64,000 bases of DNA from an uncultured Actinomycetota bacterium (GTDB lineage: Bacteria; Actinomycetota; Actinomycetes; Propionibacteriales; Nocardioidaceae): contig CAVZPT010000001.1 in NCBI GenBank assembly GCA_963777195.1, positions 13,363 to 77,362 of the forward strand. The letters are read 5' to 3'. Shown one piece after another: positions 38,830 to 47,783 of this stretch (positions are counted from its first letter, which is position 1; each line of letters begins with the position of its first letter). The position numbers and the translations under genes were made by a program. The notes under the pieces were generated by a model. It did no database searches and was not told the origin of the DNA. It worked only from the letters and a program-made list of their open reading frames with translations.

Positions 38830-40506
38830 GTGCGTGAGTTGACCAACTTCGATCCGTTTCTGGGGGTCGCCAGCAGCTTCTGGGCCAACAACGTCCTCGA
38901 GCCGGGTGAGCGGATCATCCTGGTCGAGGCGATGAGCCAGGACCTACGCGTCACCTTGCGCAACCTGGTGGTGGCCAACGCCCTGCGCCGGATCGAGCCG
39001 GCCCGGCTGGTCGTCTACTCCGGTGCCGACGAGGACTGGAACCAGATCGTCTGGACCTACTTCAACCTCGCCGAGATCAGCGCGATGGCGATGGCCTACG
39101 GCGCCGAGCAGGTCTTCGACGCCCACGAGCTCGTGGACAGGCGGGTCGCGGGGGAGACCGTCGACCTGACCGTCGCCGGCGTCGACCTCGGGGGCGAGCT
39201 GCCCGACTCCCAGATCCCCGAGGCCGTCTTCGACCAGATCGTCGACGCCACCACCTGCCGGATGGCGCGGGTGGCCCGGATGGACGAGACCGAGGAGATG
39301 CAGGCGAAGTACCGCCAGGTGCGGGCCCGCAGCGTCGAGTTCGCCCGCATCTACGACGCCCTGCTGGAGAACAACGAGGTCGTCGCGGTGGTCTCCAGCC
39401 ATGTCGACTACAACAACTTCGGGCTCGCGGTCGAGTCGGCGCTGCGCCACGACGTACCCGTGCTGTTCACGCAGTCGACCGGTGGGCTCAAGGCCTACGG
39501 GCTGTTCCCCGAGAAGCTGCCCGCCGGGCTGCCGATCCGCGCCGGGATGACCCAGCAGGTCGGTGAGTTCTTCGAGGAGCACATCTGGCGCAACCGGCAC
39601 CTGCTGGAGCGCGCCAGCGAGCTGACCATGTGGCGGGCCAAGGCGACGCTGGGCCGGCCCTCCTGGTGGCGCGCGGGACGCAGCTACTCCAGTGTCGACC
39701 TGCGCGGCAGCGACGACCGCTCGGTGCTGCGCACCTACGCCGCCCGCCGCACCGGCCTGGACCCGACCAAGCCCGTGGTCAGCGTGTTCAACCACGCCGT
39801 CTCCGACGCCCTGGGCACCAACGTCGAGGCGTTCGGCGACCTGGGCGAGTGGTTCGAGAAGACGGCCGACTTCGCGGCCCAGCACCCCGAGGTGAACTGG
39901 CTCTTCCTCGACCACCCGCACCAGGCGATGTACGACGCCTCGGAGTTCTTCGCCCGGCTCGCGGCGCGGCACGCCGACCAGCCGCACATGCTGTTCATGC
40001 GCAGCCTGGACCTGTCCAAGAACTTCCTGACCGCCCTGACCGACCTGGTCCTCACCGTCCGCGGCAGCGTCAGCAACGAGTACCCCGCACTGGGCATCCC
40101 CGCGCTCCAGACCGGGTGGTCGGAGTGGAGCCAGTGCGGGTTCACCGCGGTGGCCGACACCCCGGAGGACTACTACCGGATGCTGGGCGAGCACATCGAC
40201 TCCCTGCTGGCGGGGGAGGTGCTGATCACCCCCGAACAGGTCGAGCGGGCCCGGCTGTGGGCGTGGTTCTACCGGTCCGGGAGCGACGTACCCTCGATGC
40301 TCGTGCAGCAGTGGCAGGTGGGCGAGGGCGACGACCTCTTCGAGCTGCTCACCATCAACATGCTGCAGACCGAGTCCGACGGCGAGGCGGCGTTCACCTC
40401 CGTACGCCGGATGTGGCAGCGCCGGGAGCCGTTCCTGACGCGGATCGACTGGCGCCACGACCAGGAGACGATCGCTGACATGCTTGCCCCTGTGGGCGCC
40501 CCGTGA
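38830..40506 (+). CDS. Putative KpsS/KpsC-like (capsule synthesis) ulosonate glycosyltransferase
   Basis: C-terminal GT-B-like DHPH and DLVLTVRGSVSNEYPALGIPALQTG; strong GC3 codon bias; start may be TTG 38839. Confidence 0.6.
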   Translation: MRELTNFDPFLGVASSFWANNVLEPGERIILVEAMSQDLRVTLRNLVVANALRRIEPARLVVYSGADEDWNQIVWTYFNLAEISAMAMAYGAEQVFDAHELVDRRVAGETVDLTVAGVDLGGELPDSQIPEAVFDQIVDATTCRMARVARMDETEEMQAKYRQVRARSVEFARIYDALLENNEVVAVVSSHVDYNNFGLAVESALRHDVPVLFTQSTGGLKAYGLFPEKLPAGLPIRAGMTQQVGEFFEEHIWRNRHLLERASELTMWRAKATLGRPSWWRAGRSYSSVDLRGSDDRSVLRTYAARRTGLDPTKPVVSVFNHAVSDALGTNVEAFGDLGEWFEKTADFAAQHPEVNWLFLDHPHQAMYDASEFFARLAARHADQPHMLFMRSLDLSKNFLTALTDLVLTVRGSVSNEYPALGIPALQTGWSEWSQCGFTAVADTPEDYYRMLGEHIDSLLAGEVLITPEQVERARLWAWFYRSGSDVPSMLVQQWQVGEGDDLFELLTINMLQTESDGEAAFTSVRRMWQRREPFLTRIDWRHDQETIADMLAPVGAP

Positions 40507-41522
40507 ACGACAACTTCCGACTGCCGAGCCTGCATCTCGGCACCCGTTTCGACGAGCCGATCGTCCCGCTGGCCGTGCCCGGGGTCCTGGACCGCGGCAG
40601 CGCGTCGGCCCTGTGCATCCTCGACGGCGCGAACCGGGCGCCGCACCGGCTGACCCGCCTGGTGCGGCCGGTCGGGCTGCTCGGCATCAAGCTGGCCCAG
40701 CCCGGAGTCGGCGTCCGGGTGACGATGCGGCTGCTCGCCGACGACCTCTCCACCCTGATGTGGGACCGGCACATGCTGCGGACCCTGGGAGAGCCGGTGC
40801 CCGACGACGAGGAGTACGTCCCCTCCGACGTCTCCACCCGGCACCGGCTCGTCGAGGTCACCGCCCAGGGCCGCTCGCGGGCGCTGGCCGTGCTGGCCCT
40901 GCGGCCCTCCGACGACGGCACCGTGCGCCAGCAGGTCAGCTTCGTGCTCGGACCCGAGGAGATCGGCGAGTCCGGGCTGGTCATGGTCGGCCTGGAGAAC
41001 CCGGGCAACGCCCCGGAGTGGAGCCGTCGCGACGAGCTGGCGGACTCCCTGGTGGGCGCGTGCGTGGCCCGGATGTTCGTCGACCCGCTCGACGAGCCGG
41101 TCCCGGCGCACGTCTCGACGGGCCGACCCGGGCACGGCGACAATCACGTCTCCGCGGCCAGGCCCGGCTTCTTCGTGCTGAACCCGCCCAGCGAGGCTGA
41201 TGCCGTGTCGGTCTCGCTCGAGGTCCGCAACGCCGGCGGGGAGCGCCTGCGCGGGCGCCGGGCCAAGGTCAAGCACCCAGCACGCTTCGTCCGGGAGAGC
41301 GTCGCCGACCACCGGATCGCCACCGCTGCTCCCGCCGTGGTCGAGGTCGTCGACCTCGACGGCAAGACCGTCCTGGCCACCGAGGTCGCCGAGGACTCCG
41401 GCAGGCACGAGTTCGTGGTGCCCGCCGGTGCGGGGCCGACGTTCGTGCGCGCCCGCAAGCTCGTCGGGGGTCAGCCGCGCGAGGTCGACTGGCACGTGCG
41501 CACCAGCTCGACACCGGGCTGA
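40503..41522 (+). CDS. Hypothetical protein (beta-rich), coupled to the putative glycosyltransferase
   Basis: GTGA overlap with the upstream stop; coding-like codon use; no recognised motif. Confidence 0.7.
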   Translation: MNDNFRLPSLHLGTRFDEPIVPLAVPGVLDRGSASALCILDGANRAPHRLTRLVRPVGLLGIKLAQPGVGVRVTMRLLADDLSTLMWDRHMLRTLGEPVPDDEEYVPSDVSTRHRLVEVTAQGRSRALAVLALRPSDDGTVRQQVSFVLGPEEIGESGLVMVGLENPGNAPEWSRRDELADSLVGACVARMFVDPLDEPVPAHVSTGRPGHGDNHVSAARPGFFVLNPPSEADAVSVSLEVRNAGGERLRGRRAKVKHPARFVRESVADHRIATAAPAVVEVVDLDGKTVLATEVAEDSGRHEFVVPAGAGPTFVRARKLVGGQPREVDWHVRTSSTPG

Positions 41523-41541
41523 GCCCAGGCCCTTGACGGGC

Positions 41542-42600
41542 TCAGAGCAGGTCGAGCGACATCGGTGTGCCCATGGCGACGTCGCGGCTGAAGGTGCGGC
41601 CCTCCACGTCACGGAAGCTGTCCGGCGCCATCCCGTCGGCAGGGCGGACCGAGCGCACGTTGTCGGGCCCGACCACCTCGCCCGCCGTGACGTCGCGGGT
41701 CACGAACAGCGAGCGTCTGAAGCGCTGGCCCTCCGCCTCGGCGGCGCGCGGGCCGATCGTGGGCTCGCCGAGTGCCTGCCAGGCGATCCTGGACTCCTGG
41801 ACGAGCAGCCGGATGTCCTCGGGCTCCATCGAGAACGCCGAGTCGACGCCGCCGTCGTTGCGGTCCAGGGTGACGTGCTTCTCGATCACGGTCGCACCGA
41901 GCGCGACGGCGGCCACCGCGGCGCCGATGCCCAGGGTGTGGTCGGAGAGCCCGACCTGGACGTCGAGGGCGTCTCGCAGGACCGGGATGCCGCGCAGGTT
42001 CGAGGCCTCCGGGGGCGCCGGGTAGGAGGCGGTGCAGCTGAGCACGATCAGCGCCTCGTTGCCGGTGCTGCGCGCAGCCCGCACGGCGGCGTCGATCTCG
42101 GCCATGGTGGCGGTGCCGGTGGAGATCAGCATCGGCCGGCCGGTGGCGGCGATGCTGCGGATCAGCGGCAGGTCGGTGATCTCGCTCGAGGCCGACTTCA
42201 GCAGGGGTACGTCGAGCCCGTCGAGGAACTCCACGGCGGTCGGGTCGAAGGGCGTGCTGAACGCCACCATGCCGAGGCTGGTGGCGAGGTCGAAGATCGG
42301 CTCGTGCCACTCCCAGGGGGTGTAGGCCTCCTGGTAGAGCTCGTAGAGGCGACGGTCGGGCCACAGCTCGTGGTCGGCGCCGAGGCGGAACATCGGGGAG
42401 TCGACGTCGAGGGTCATCGTGTCGGCGGTGTAGGTCTGGATCTTCAGCGCGTGGGCACCGGCGTCCGCCGCCGCGCGCACGATCTCCAGCGCTCGGCCGA
42501 GGTCGCCGTTGTGGTTGCCCGACATCTCCGCGATCACGAACGGCTCCCGGCCCGGGCCGACCTCGATGTCGCCCACGGCGATCGGGGTGTGCTTCGACAT
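41542..42600 (-). CDS. pseI: Pseudaminic acid synthase (NeuB family with SAF domain)
   Basis: IAEMSGNHNGD, KIQTYTADTMT, TPWEWH, STPFD, GLSDHT, IEKHVTL, VDSAFS. Confidence 0.92.
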   Translation of the reverse strand: MSKHTPIAVGDIEVGPGREPFVIAEMSGNHNGDLGRALEIVRAAADAGAHALKIQTYTADTMTLDVDSPMFRLGADHELWPDRRLYELYQEAYTPWEWHEPIFDLATSLGMVAFSTPFDPTAVEFLDGLDVPLLKSASSEITDLPLIRSIAATGRPMLISTGTATMAEIDAAVRAARSTGNEALIVLSCTASYPAPPEASNLRGIPVLRDALDVQVGLSDHTLGIGAAVAAVALGATVIEKHVTLDRNDGGVDSAFSMEPEDIRLLVQESRIAWQALGEPTIGPRAAEAEGQRFRRSLFVTRDVTAGEVVGPDNVRSVRPADGMAPDSFRDVEGRTFSRDVAMGTPMSLDLL

Positions 42601-43124
42601 CAGCTGCTCCTCTTGCGTTGCTTGCGGTTGGCTCGGTGCAGGGAGATCGGGATCGCGACGATGGTGCGGTCGTCCACGGTCCGCTCCTCGGGCTCGCCCT
42701 CGACGAACCCGAACCGACGGTTGGTCGCCCGGACGGCCTCGTTGTGCTCGAGCACCTCGGCGTCGAGGACCTCGAGCCCGAGGGTGTCGAACGCGTGGTC
42801 GATGGCCTCGCGCATCAGGCGGTTCCAGACGATCAGCGCGGTGCCGGTGCCCGCGAGGCCCTCGCTGTCGAGGTAGAAGCCCCACATCGCGTGCGGTTGC
42901 GGGTCGGCGGTGTCGATGTCGAAGAAGTAGACGACGCCGCACTCGGTGCCTGCGGTCTCGAAGACCAGCCACTGCCGGGTCGGGTCGTCCTTGGTGCTCT
43001 CCCACCAGGCCGCGTGCTCCTCGGCGGTGATCACGTGCCGGTTGTTCATGACCTCACGGTTCGCCGGCTGGTTGCGCCACGCGAGGATCGTTGCGAGGTC
43101 GCTGTCGCGCACCGGGCGAAGCAT
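42600..43124 (-). CDS. pseH: PseH-type GNAT N-acyltransferase
   Basis: ILAWRNQP, ITAEEHAAWW, WGFY, EVLEHNEAV; coupled to pseI. Confidence 0.85.
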   Translation of the reverse strand: MLRPVRDSDLATILAWRNQPANREVMNNRHVITAEEHAAWWESTKDDPTRQWLVFETAGTECGVVYFFDIDTADPQPHAMWGFYLDSEGLAGTGTALIVWNRLMREAIDHAFDTLGLEVLDAEVLEHNEAVRATNRRFGFVEGEPEERTVDDRTIVAIPISLHRANRKQRKRSS

Positions 43125-43203
43125 CGAGTCCCCAACCTTTCATCCGGCTCGACAGGGTGGGGAGGCCCGGGGACCTCCCGGCGGGTAACTGTAGTCTGCC
43201 GCC

Positions 43204-43455
43204 ATGAGTGCTGTGTCCCGCGAGCAGTTGCGCACCTTGATGGCCGATGTCCTGCAGGCACAGGGCAAGTCGCTGCCTGCCGAGGAGTCGGCAGACCTGC
43301 AGGCGATCGGCTTCCGCTCGCTGGACTTCTCCGAGCTCGCGCTCCGCGTGGAGGACGAGATCGACGAGGAGCTCAACTTCGACGCCGCCGGCCTGCGCCA
43401 GATCAACACCGTCGCCGACGTGCTCGACCTGCTCACCGAGATCCAGCAGTCCTGA
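43204..43455 (+). CDS. Acyl carrier protein
   Basis: 83 aa, acidic, LQAIGFRSLDFSEL with the phosphopantetheine Ser, TVADV; -10 TAGTCT 6 nt before ATG. Confidence 0.85.
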   Translation: MSAVSREQLRTLMADVLQAQGKSLPAEESADLQAIGFRSLDFSELALRVEDEIDEELNFDAAGLRQINTVADVLDLLTEIQQS

Positions 43456-43462
43456 TCCGGAC

Positions 43463-44707
43463 GTGACCGCCCCCGCGATCAGGGACGCCCTCCCCGGCGC
43501 CGGCAACCAGCTCGTCGACGTACGCACCGGGCGTACGACGACCTGGGCGGAGCTGCCCGACCTCGACCTGCCGGCACCCGCGGCCGTCGTGGTCTCGTCG
43601 TCCTTCGACGCGCTCGCCGCCGTGCAGGCGCACGCGCGCACCGGGGCAGAGCTGCTCGTCGTGGCTCGCGGCCGGCTCGACCAGAACCTGCGCTCGGAGC
43701 TGCTCGAGGCCGGCTTCAACATCGCCGACGGCCCCGAGGTCGAGGCCGCGGCCGAGCCGCACGAGCCGCGCGACGGGCGGCTGTGGCTGCTCACCTCCGG
43801 ATCGACCGGACGGCCCAAGCGCATCGGGCACACCCTGGGGTCGCTGACCACCGTGTCCGGGGAGATGGCGCCGCGCCGCTGGCTGTGCCCCTACTCGCCG
43901 GGCACCTACGCCTGGTGGCAGGTGGTGACCCTCGGTCTGGGCAGCGCCGGCCAGGACCTCGTGGTCGTCGACCCCGCCGAGCTCGAGGGCTGGGTCCCGG
44001 CGGCGATCGAGCACGGGGTGACCGCGGCGTCGGGCACGCCGACGTTCTGGCGACAGACCCTGATGAGCCACGGCGACGAGCTCGGCCGGGTGCCGCTGGA
44101 GCAGATCAGCCTCGGTGGCGAGCCGGTCGACCAGGCCGTCCTCGACCAGCTCAGGGGGCTGTTCCCGAACGCCCGGGTCTCCTGGATCTATGCCTCCTCC
44201 GAGCTCGGTGCCTCGATCGTGGTCCACGACGGTCGCGCCGGCTTCCCCGTCGAGTGGCTCGACCGCGAGCTGCCGGGCCGCCCACGGCTCGGGGTGGCCG
44301 ACGGTGAGCTGGTGATCTCCTCCCCCCACCACGGGGAAGGGCTCGAGGGCGCCGTACGCACCGGCGACGCCGTGGTGGTCGAGGACGGCCGGGTGCTGAT
44401 CACCGGGCGCACCAGCAGCGACGAGATCAACGTCGGCGGGGCCAAGGTCTCCGCGGGGGTGGTCCGGGCGGTGCTGCAGTCCCACCCCGAGGTGGTCTGG
44501 GCGCACGTGCGTGGGCGCAAGGCGCCGCTGGTGGGCAAGATGGTGGTGGCCGAGGTGGTCCTGCGTTCCGGGGCCACCGAGGACCCCGAGACCCTGGCGG
44601 GGATCAACCGCTGGTGCCAGGAACGGCTGCCGGACTACGGCACGCCCCGACGGATCAAGCTGCTGGAGTCCATTCCGGCGAAGGAGACGCTGAAGAGCGA
44701 TGTCTGA
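43463..44707 (+). CDS. AMP-binding (ANL superfamily) acyl-ACP/CoA ligase
   Basis: LTSGSTGRPK, GGEP, YASSE, RTGD, ITGR, INVGGAKV. Confidence 0.85.
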   Translation: MTAPAIRDALPGAGNQLVDVRTGRTTTWAELPDLDLPAPAAVVVSSSFDALAAVQAHARTGAELLVVARGRLDQNLRSELLEAGFNIADGPEVEAAAEPHEPRDGRLWLLTSGSTGRPKRIGHTLGSLTTVSGEMAPRRWLCPYSPGTYAWWQVVTLGLGSAGQDLVVVDPAELEGWVPAAIEHGVTAASGTPTFWRQTLMSHGDELGRVPLEQISLGGEPVDQAVLDQLRGLFPNARVSWIYASSELGASIVVHDGRAGFPVEWLDRELPGRPRLGVADGELVISSPHHGEGLEGAVRTGDAVVVEDGRVLITGRTSSDEINVGGAKVSAGVVRAVLQSHPEVVWAHVRGRKAPLVGKMVVAEVVLRSGATEDPETLAGINRWCQERLPDYGTPRRIKLLESIPAKETLKSDV

Positions 44708-45494
44708 GACCCCCGATGTACATCCAGAGGACAACCCCGGCGACGGCTCCCTGGAGCTGAGCCCGGTGCCGGCCGCGACCGTGGTGCTGATCTCCGGCGC
44801 CTCGCGGGGCCTGGGCCTGGCGATGGTCACCGACCTGCTCGAGTGCGGCGTCAAGGTCGCCGCCTTCGCGCGCACCGTGACCCCTGAGCTCGAGGCGCTC
44901 GCGGAGCGCTTTCCCGACCACTGCCACTTCGGCTCGGTCGACATCACCGACTCCTCGGCCTGCCAGGCCTTCGTCAAGGAGGTCGAGGCCAAGCTCGGCG
45001 TGGTCGACGCCCTGGTCAACAACGCCGCGATCGGCCAGGACTCGCTGCACGTGCACACCCCGGCGGACCGGATCGAGCAGATCATCGCCACCAACCTCAC
45101 CGCTCCGCTGGTGCTGACCCGGTTCTGGCTGCGGCGCCTGCTGGGCAAGGGGCGCCGGGGCCGTCTGGTCAACGTGACCTCGATCTGCGGCCAGCGCGGC
45201 TACCCGGGGCTGGTCGCCTACTCCTCGACCAAGGGCGGCCTGGACGCCGCGACCCGCTCGCTCGCCCGGGAGTTCTCGGGCCGGGTCCTGGCCAACGCCG
45301 TGGCACCGGGCTTCTTCGCCTCGGAGATGTCGGCCGTGCTGGGCCAGACCCAGCTCGCCGCGATCCTGCGTCGTACGCCGACCGGGCGGCTGACCACGCC
45401 GGAGGAGGTCGTGCCGGTCGTGCGGATGCTGCTGCTGGAGCACACCAACATCAACGGCCAGTCGATCGTGATCGACGGTGCCGGCTCCATCTGA
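44700..45494 (+). CDS. FabG-like 3-oxoacyl-ACP reductase (SDR)
   Basis: ISGASRGLG, NNAA, YSSTK, APGFFASEM. Confidence 0.85.
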   Translation: MSETPDVHPEDNPGDGSLELSPVPAATVVLISGASRGLGLAMVTDLLECGVKVAAFARTVTPELEALAERFPDHCHFGSVDITDSSACQAFVKEVEAKLGVVDALVNNAAIGQDSLHVHTPADRIEQIIATNLTAPLVLTRFWLRRLLGKGRRGRLVNVTSICGQRGYPGLVAYSSTKGGLDAATRSLAREFSGRVLANAVAPGFFASEMSAVLGQTQLAAILRRTPTGRLTTPEEVVPVVRMLLLEHTNINGQSIVIDGAGSI

Positions 45495-45855
45495 CCCGAG
45501 CACGGGCTGGGGCAGCCACCTTCGCGTCGGGACGGCGCAGGAGATGGCCTCGGCCGTGACCCGGTCGCACCTGCCCGACGGACGGGTCGTGGGCTGGTTC
45601 GGCGAGCCTGGCGTGGTCGTCGATGCCGAGCCGGCCGCCGCCCCCGTCCCGAGCGCGCTGGGCGCCCGCTTCGGGGTCGAGGGCTTCTGGCGTCGCTGGA
45701 CGGCCGCCGAGTGCGCGGCCAAGCTCGCCGATGTGCCGATGCAGGTGTGGCTGCACCGTCACGGCCTGGCCCATCCGGGTGCCCGGGTGAGCACGATCGA
45801 GCTCCACGGTCTGGTGATCAGCGTGGGCAGCGCTGTGACGAAGCACACCGATTGA
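45478..45855 (+). CDS. Small protein with a degenerate 4'-phosphopantetheinyl transferase-like motif
   Basis: VVVDAE and FWRRWTAAECAAKL resemble GxDxE and W(T/S)xKEAxxK; last gene of the ACP operon; start uncertain. Confidence 0.5.
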   Translation: MPAPSDPSTGWGSHLRVGTAQEMASAVTRSHLPDGRVVGWFGEPGVVVDAEPAAAPVPSALGARFGVEGFWRRWTAAECAAKLADVPMQVWLHRHGLAHPGARVSTIELHGLVISVGSAVTKHTD

Positions 45856-45956
45856 CCCCATTCCCCCGGATTGCGTGGCGCCGTACGCTCGGTGTGTACG
45901 AGTCAACGAGTAGTCCGGTACCCGAGAGGGACTGGAACGAAAGGCGATGAGTTTCG

Positions 45957-46910
45957 ATGGCCCGAATCGGGGTTGTCGGCGCCGGCCGTGTCGGCGCCGT
46001 CCTGTCCGCCGCCCTCCGCGCGGCTGGTCACGAGGTGGTGGCCGCAGCGGGTGAGTCTGCCGCGTCGCTGCACCGGATCGACACGCTCCTGCCCGGCGTC
46101 CGGCTCGCGAAGCCGACCGACGTGGCCCGTGCGTGCGACCTGCTGCTGCTGACCGTGCCCGACGACATGCTCGAGAACGTCGTCAGCACGCTGGTCGGCG
46201 CGGGAGCGATCCGCTCCGGGCAGGTCGTCTGCCACACCTCGGGCCGGCACGGGCTCGCGGTGCTGGCGACCGCGACCGCGATCGGTGCCCGGCCGGTCGC
46301 GATGCACCCGGCGATGACCTTCACCGGCACCGAGCTCGACCTCGACCGGCTGCGCGGCTGCGTCTTCGGCGTCACCGCCGGACCGCAGGAGCGGGAGTAC
46401 GCCGAGGGCCTGGTCGCGGACCTCGGCGGCATCGCGATGTGGGTGCCGGAGGACAAGCGCACGCTCTACCACGCGGGGCTGGCCCACGGGGCGAACCACC
46501 TGGTCACGCTGGTCAGCCAGGCCATGGAGCTGCTCGCGGCCTCCGGCGCGGAGGACCCGGCCGCCACCCTGCGGCCGCTGCTGACCGCGGCCCTCGACAA
46601 CGCCCTCGCCGAGGGTGACGCCGCACTGACCGGCCCGATCGTGCGCGGCGACGTCCGCACCGTGCAGGCACACCTCGCCGACATCGCCGAGACCGCGCCC
46701 GCCACGATCCCCTCCTACGTCGCGATGGCCAAGGCCACCGCCGACCGGGCGGTGCTCGACGGGCGCCTGCTGCCGATCCGCGCCGGCAAGATCGTCGGCC
46801 TCCTCGACGAGGCGCTGGCCGCGGTGGGCGAGGCGGGCCCGGTCTCGGGTCTCGCCCGCCACCGGGCCACCGAGCCGACACGGCGGCGCACCGGGAGCGA
46901 CCACCGGTGA
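45957..46910 (+). CDS. Rossmann-like + DUF2520 oxidoreductase (PanG-type ketopantoate reductase candidate)
   Basis: GAGRVG, LTVPDD, HTSG, HPAMTF, YHAGLAHGANH, LTGPIVRGD; coupled to panC. Confidence 0.85.
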   Translation: MARIGVVGAGRVGAVLSAALRAAGHEVVAAAGESAASLHRIDTLLPGVRLAKPTDVARACDLLLLTVPDDMLENVVSTLVGAGAIRSGQVVCHTSGRHGLAVLATATAIGARPVAMHPAMTFTGTELDLDRLRGCVFGVTAGPQEREYAEGLVADLGGIAMWVPEDKRTLYHAGLAHGANHLVTLVSQAMELLAASGAEDPAATLRPLLTAALDNALAEGDAALTGPIVRGDVRTVQAHLADIAETAPATIPSYVAMAKATADRAVLDGRLLPIRAGKIVGLLDEALAAVGEAGPVSGLARHRATEPTRRRTGSDHR

Positions 46911-47779
46911 GCACGGCCCCGGTCCTCGCGAGCACTCGCGGGGAGCTGCACGATGCCCTGGACGCCGGACTCGCGGGTGCCACCGGGTCCGCCCGGCGGC
47001 GGGTGGCCCTGGTCCCGACCATGGGCGCGCTGCACCTCGGTCACGCCTCGCTGCTGGCGCGAGCCCGCGACGAGGCCGGCCCGGCCGGAGCGGTGGTCGC
47101 CTCGATCTTCGTCAATCCGATGCAGTTCGCCCCCGGCGAGGACCTCGACCGCTACCCGCGCACCCTCGAGGCCGACCTCGCCGTGTGCGCCGAGCACGGG
47201 GTCGACGTGGTGTTCTGCCCCTCGGTCGAGGAGGTCTACCCCGGCGGGACGCCCCAGGTCAGCGTCGACCCGGGTCCGCTGGCCGGCGTACTCGAGGGCG
47301 CGGCGCGGCCGACCCATTTTCGGGGCGTGCTCACCGTGGTGGCCAAGCTGTTCGGGCTGGTCCGGCCCGACGTGGCGGTGTTCGGCGAGAAGGACTACCA
47401 GCAGCTGGCACTGATCAGGCGGATGGTCGCCGACCTGTGCCTGGGTGTGGACGTCGTCGGGGGCGAGACCGTCAGGGAGACCGACGGGCTGGCGCTCTCG
47501 AGCCGCAACCGCTTCCTCGACGCCTCGCAGCGAGAGACCGCGATGGCCCTGTCGCGAGCACTGTTCGCCGGGCGCGACGCCGGCACCCAGGGCGCCGAGG
47601 CCGTCGTGGCAGCCGCCCGCGAGCAGCTGGCCGGTGCTGGTCTCGTGCCCGACTACCTCGAGCTGACCGACCCCGACCTCGGCCCGCCCCCGATGAGCGG
47701 TCCGGCCCGCCTGCTCGTCGCCGCGCGCGTGGGCAGCACTCGACTGATCGACAACGTCGCTCTCGACCTGAAGGGATGA
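46907..47779 (+). CDS. panC: Pantoate--beta-alanine ligase
   Basis: [40 protein letters not shown]. Confidence 0.97.
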   Translation: MSTAPVLASTRGELHDALDAGLAGATGSARRRVALVPTMGALHLGHASLLARARDEAGPAGAVVASIFVNPMQFAPGEDLDRYPRTLEADLAVCAEHGVDVVFCPSVEEVYPGGTPQVSVDPGPLAGVLEGAARPTHFRGVLTVVAKLFGLVRPDVAVFGEKDYQQLALIRRMVADLCLGVDVVGGETVRETDGLALSSRNRFLDASQRETAMALSRALFAGRDAGTQGAEAVVAAAREQLAGAGLVPDYLELTDPDLGPPPMSGPARLLVAARVGSTRLIDNVALDLKG

Positions 47780-47783
47780 GCAG

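Noticed and set aside
41542-42600. NeuB/LegI (sialic or legionaminic acid synthase)
   Set aside because: The KIQTYTADTMT and TPWEWH motifs and the presence of PseB/C/G/H, with no NeuC/LegG in the window, point to PseI
43204-45494. Stand-alone PKS/NRPS secondary-metabolite cluster
   Set aside because: No ketosynthase, condensation or thioesterase gene; context favours acyl supply for sugar tailoring
26405-45855. Prophage, ICE or anti-phage defence island
   Set aside because: No integrase, tRNA att site, phage structural, conjugation or recognisable defence genes; composition looks host-like
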